Assembly: GCA_010909165.1 (NCBI GenBank)
Contig: MU008190.1
Location: 62,001 to 126,000, forward strand
From: Anthoceros angustus
Lineage: Eukaryota; Plantae; Anthocerotophyta
Reading direction: 5' to 3'
Length of the DNA stretch: 64,000 nucleotides
Part shown: piece by piece, positions 63,831 through 64,000 of the stretch
Layout: each line of letters starts with the position of its first letter
Numbering within the stretch: the stretch's first letter is position 1
Made by a program: the position numbers and the translations under genes
The notes under the pieces: generated by a model
Databases searched by the model: none
Told to the model about the DNA's origin: nothing
The model's input: only the letters and a program-made list of their open reading frames with translations

Positions 63831-64000
63831 CCCAAGTAGTCTTGTCGAAATCCTTGTGCTTGTGCCCAATGTGACATTTCACCCCTTGACCCCAAAGCAA
63901 AGGCGGGAAGCCGGATCGGGCAAGGGGTGTCCTTGATAAAGCCTTGATTGGGTGGCCGCATCATCTTGGGAGCCACAGAAAAGACCTAGAAGACCACAGG

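Overview
Plant nuclear DNA with compact, short-intron genes; a non-seed land plant is my inference, and the species cannot be determined. Positions 1-36.7 kb hold eight recognisable host genes: an Mx-like dynamin, a BSD-domain protein, Rab7/RabG3, ATP10, a cationic amino-acid transporter, an AT-rich receptor-like cytoplasmic kinase, a PUX1-like UBX protein and a ferredoxin-like/TPR protein. Copia, CRE-type and LTR-element remnants lie between them. Positions 37-64 kb are entirely mobile DNA, full of frameshifts and staggered duplications, which may be real or a noisy assembly. The standout is 37-54 kb. A minus-strand, intron-containing gene encodes an unknown helical domain, a ParB-like domain and a bacterial-type beta-class (N4-C/N6-A) DNA methyltransferase. 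It lies head-to-head with a plus-strand DDD transposase (DGMDQ / LDN-x-x-RENKN / GHT-x-x-x-ID motifs) that ends in a BAH/Tudor-like domain. Both halves share a GC-rich palindrome. This looks like a DNA transposon carrying its own DNA-modification system. A CRE-clade RT-RLE retrotransposon follows, interrupted by an LTR-like element with an uncharacterised ORF. All domain calls come from motif recognition by eye; no searches were run.
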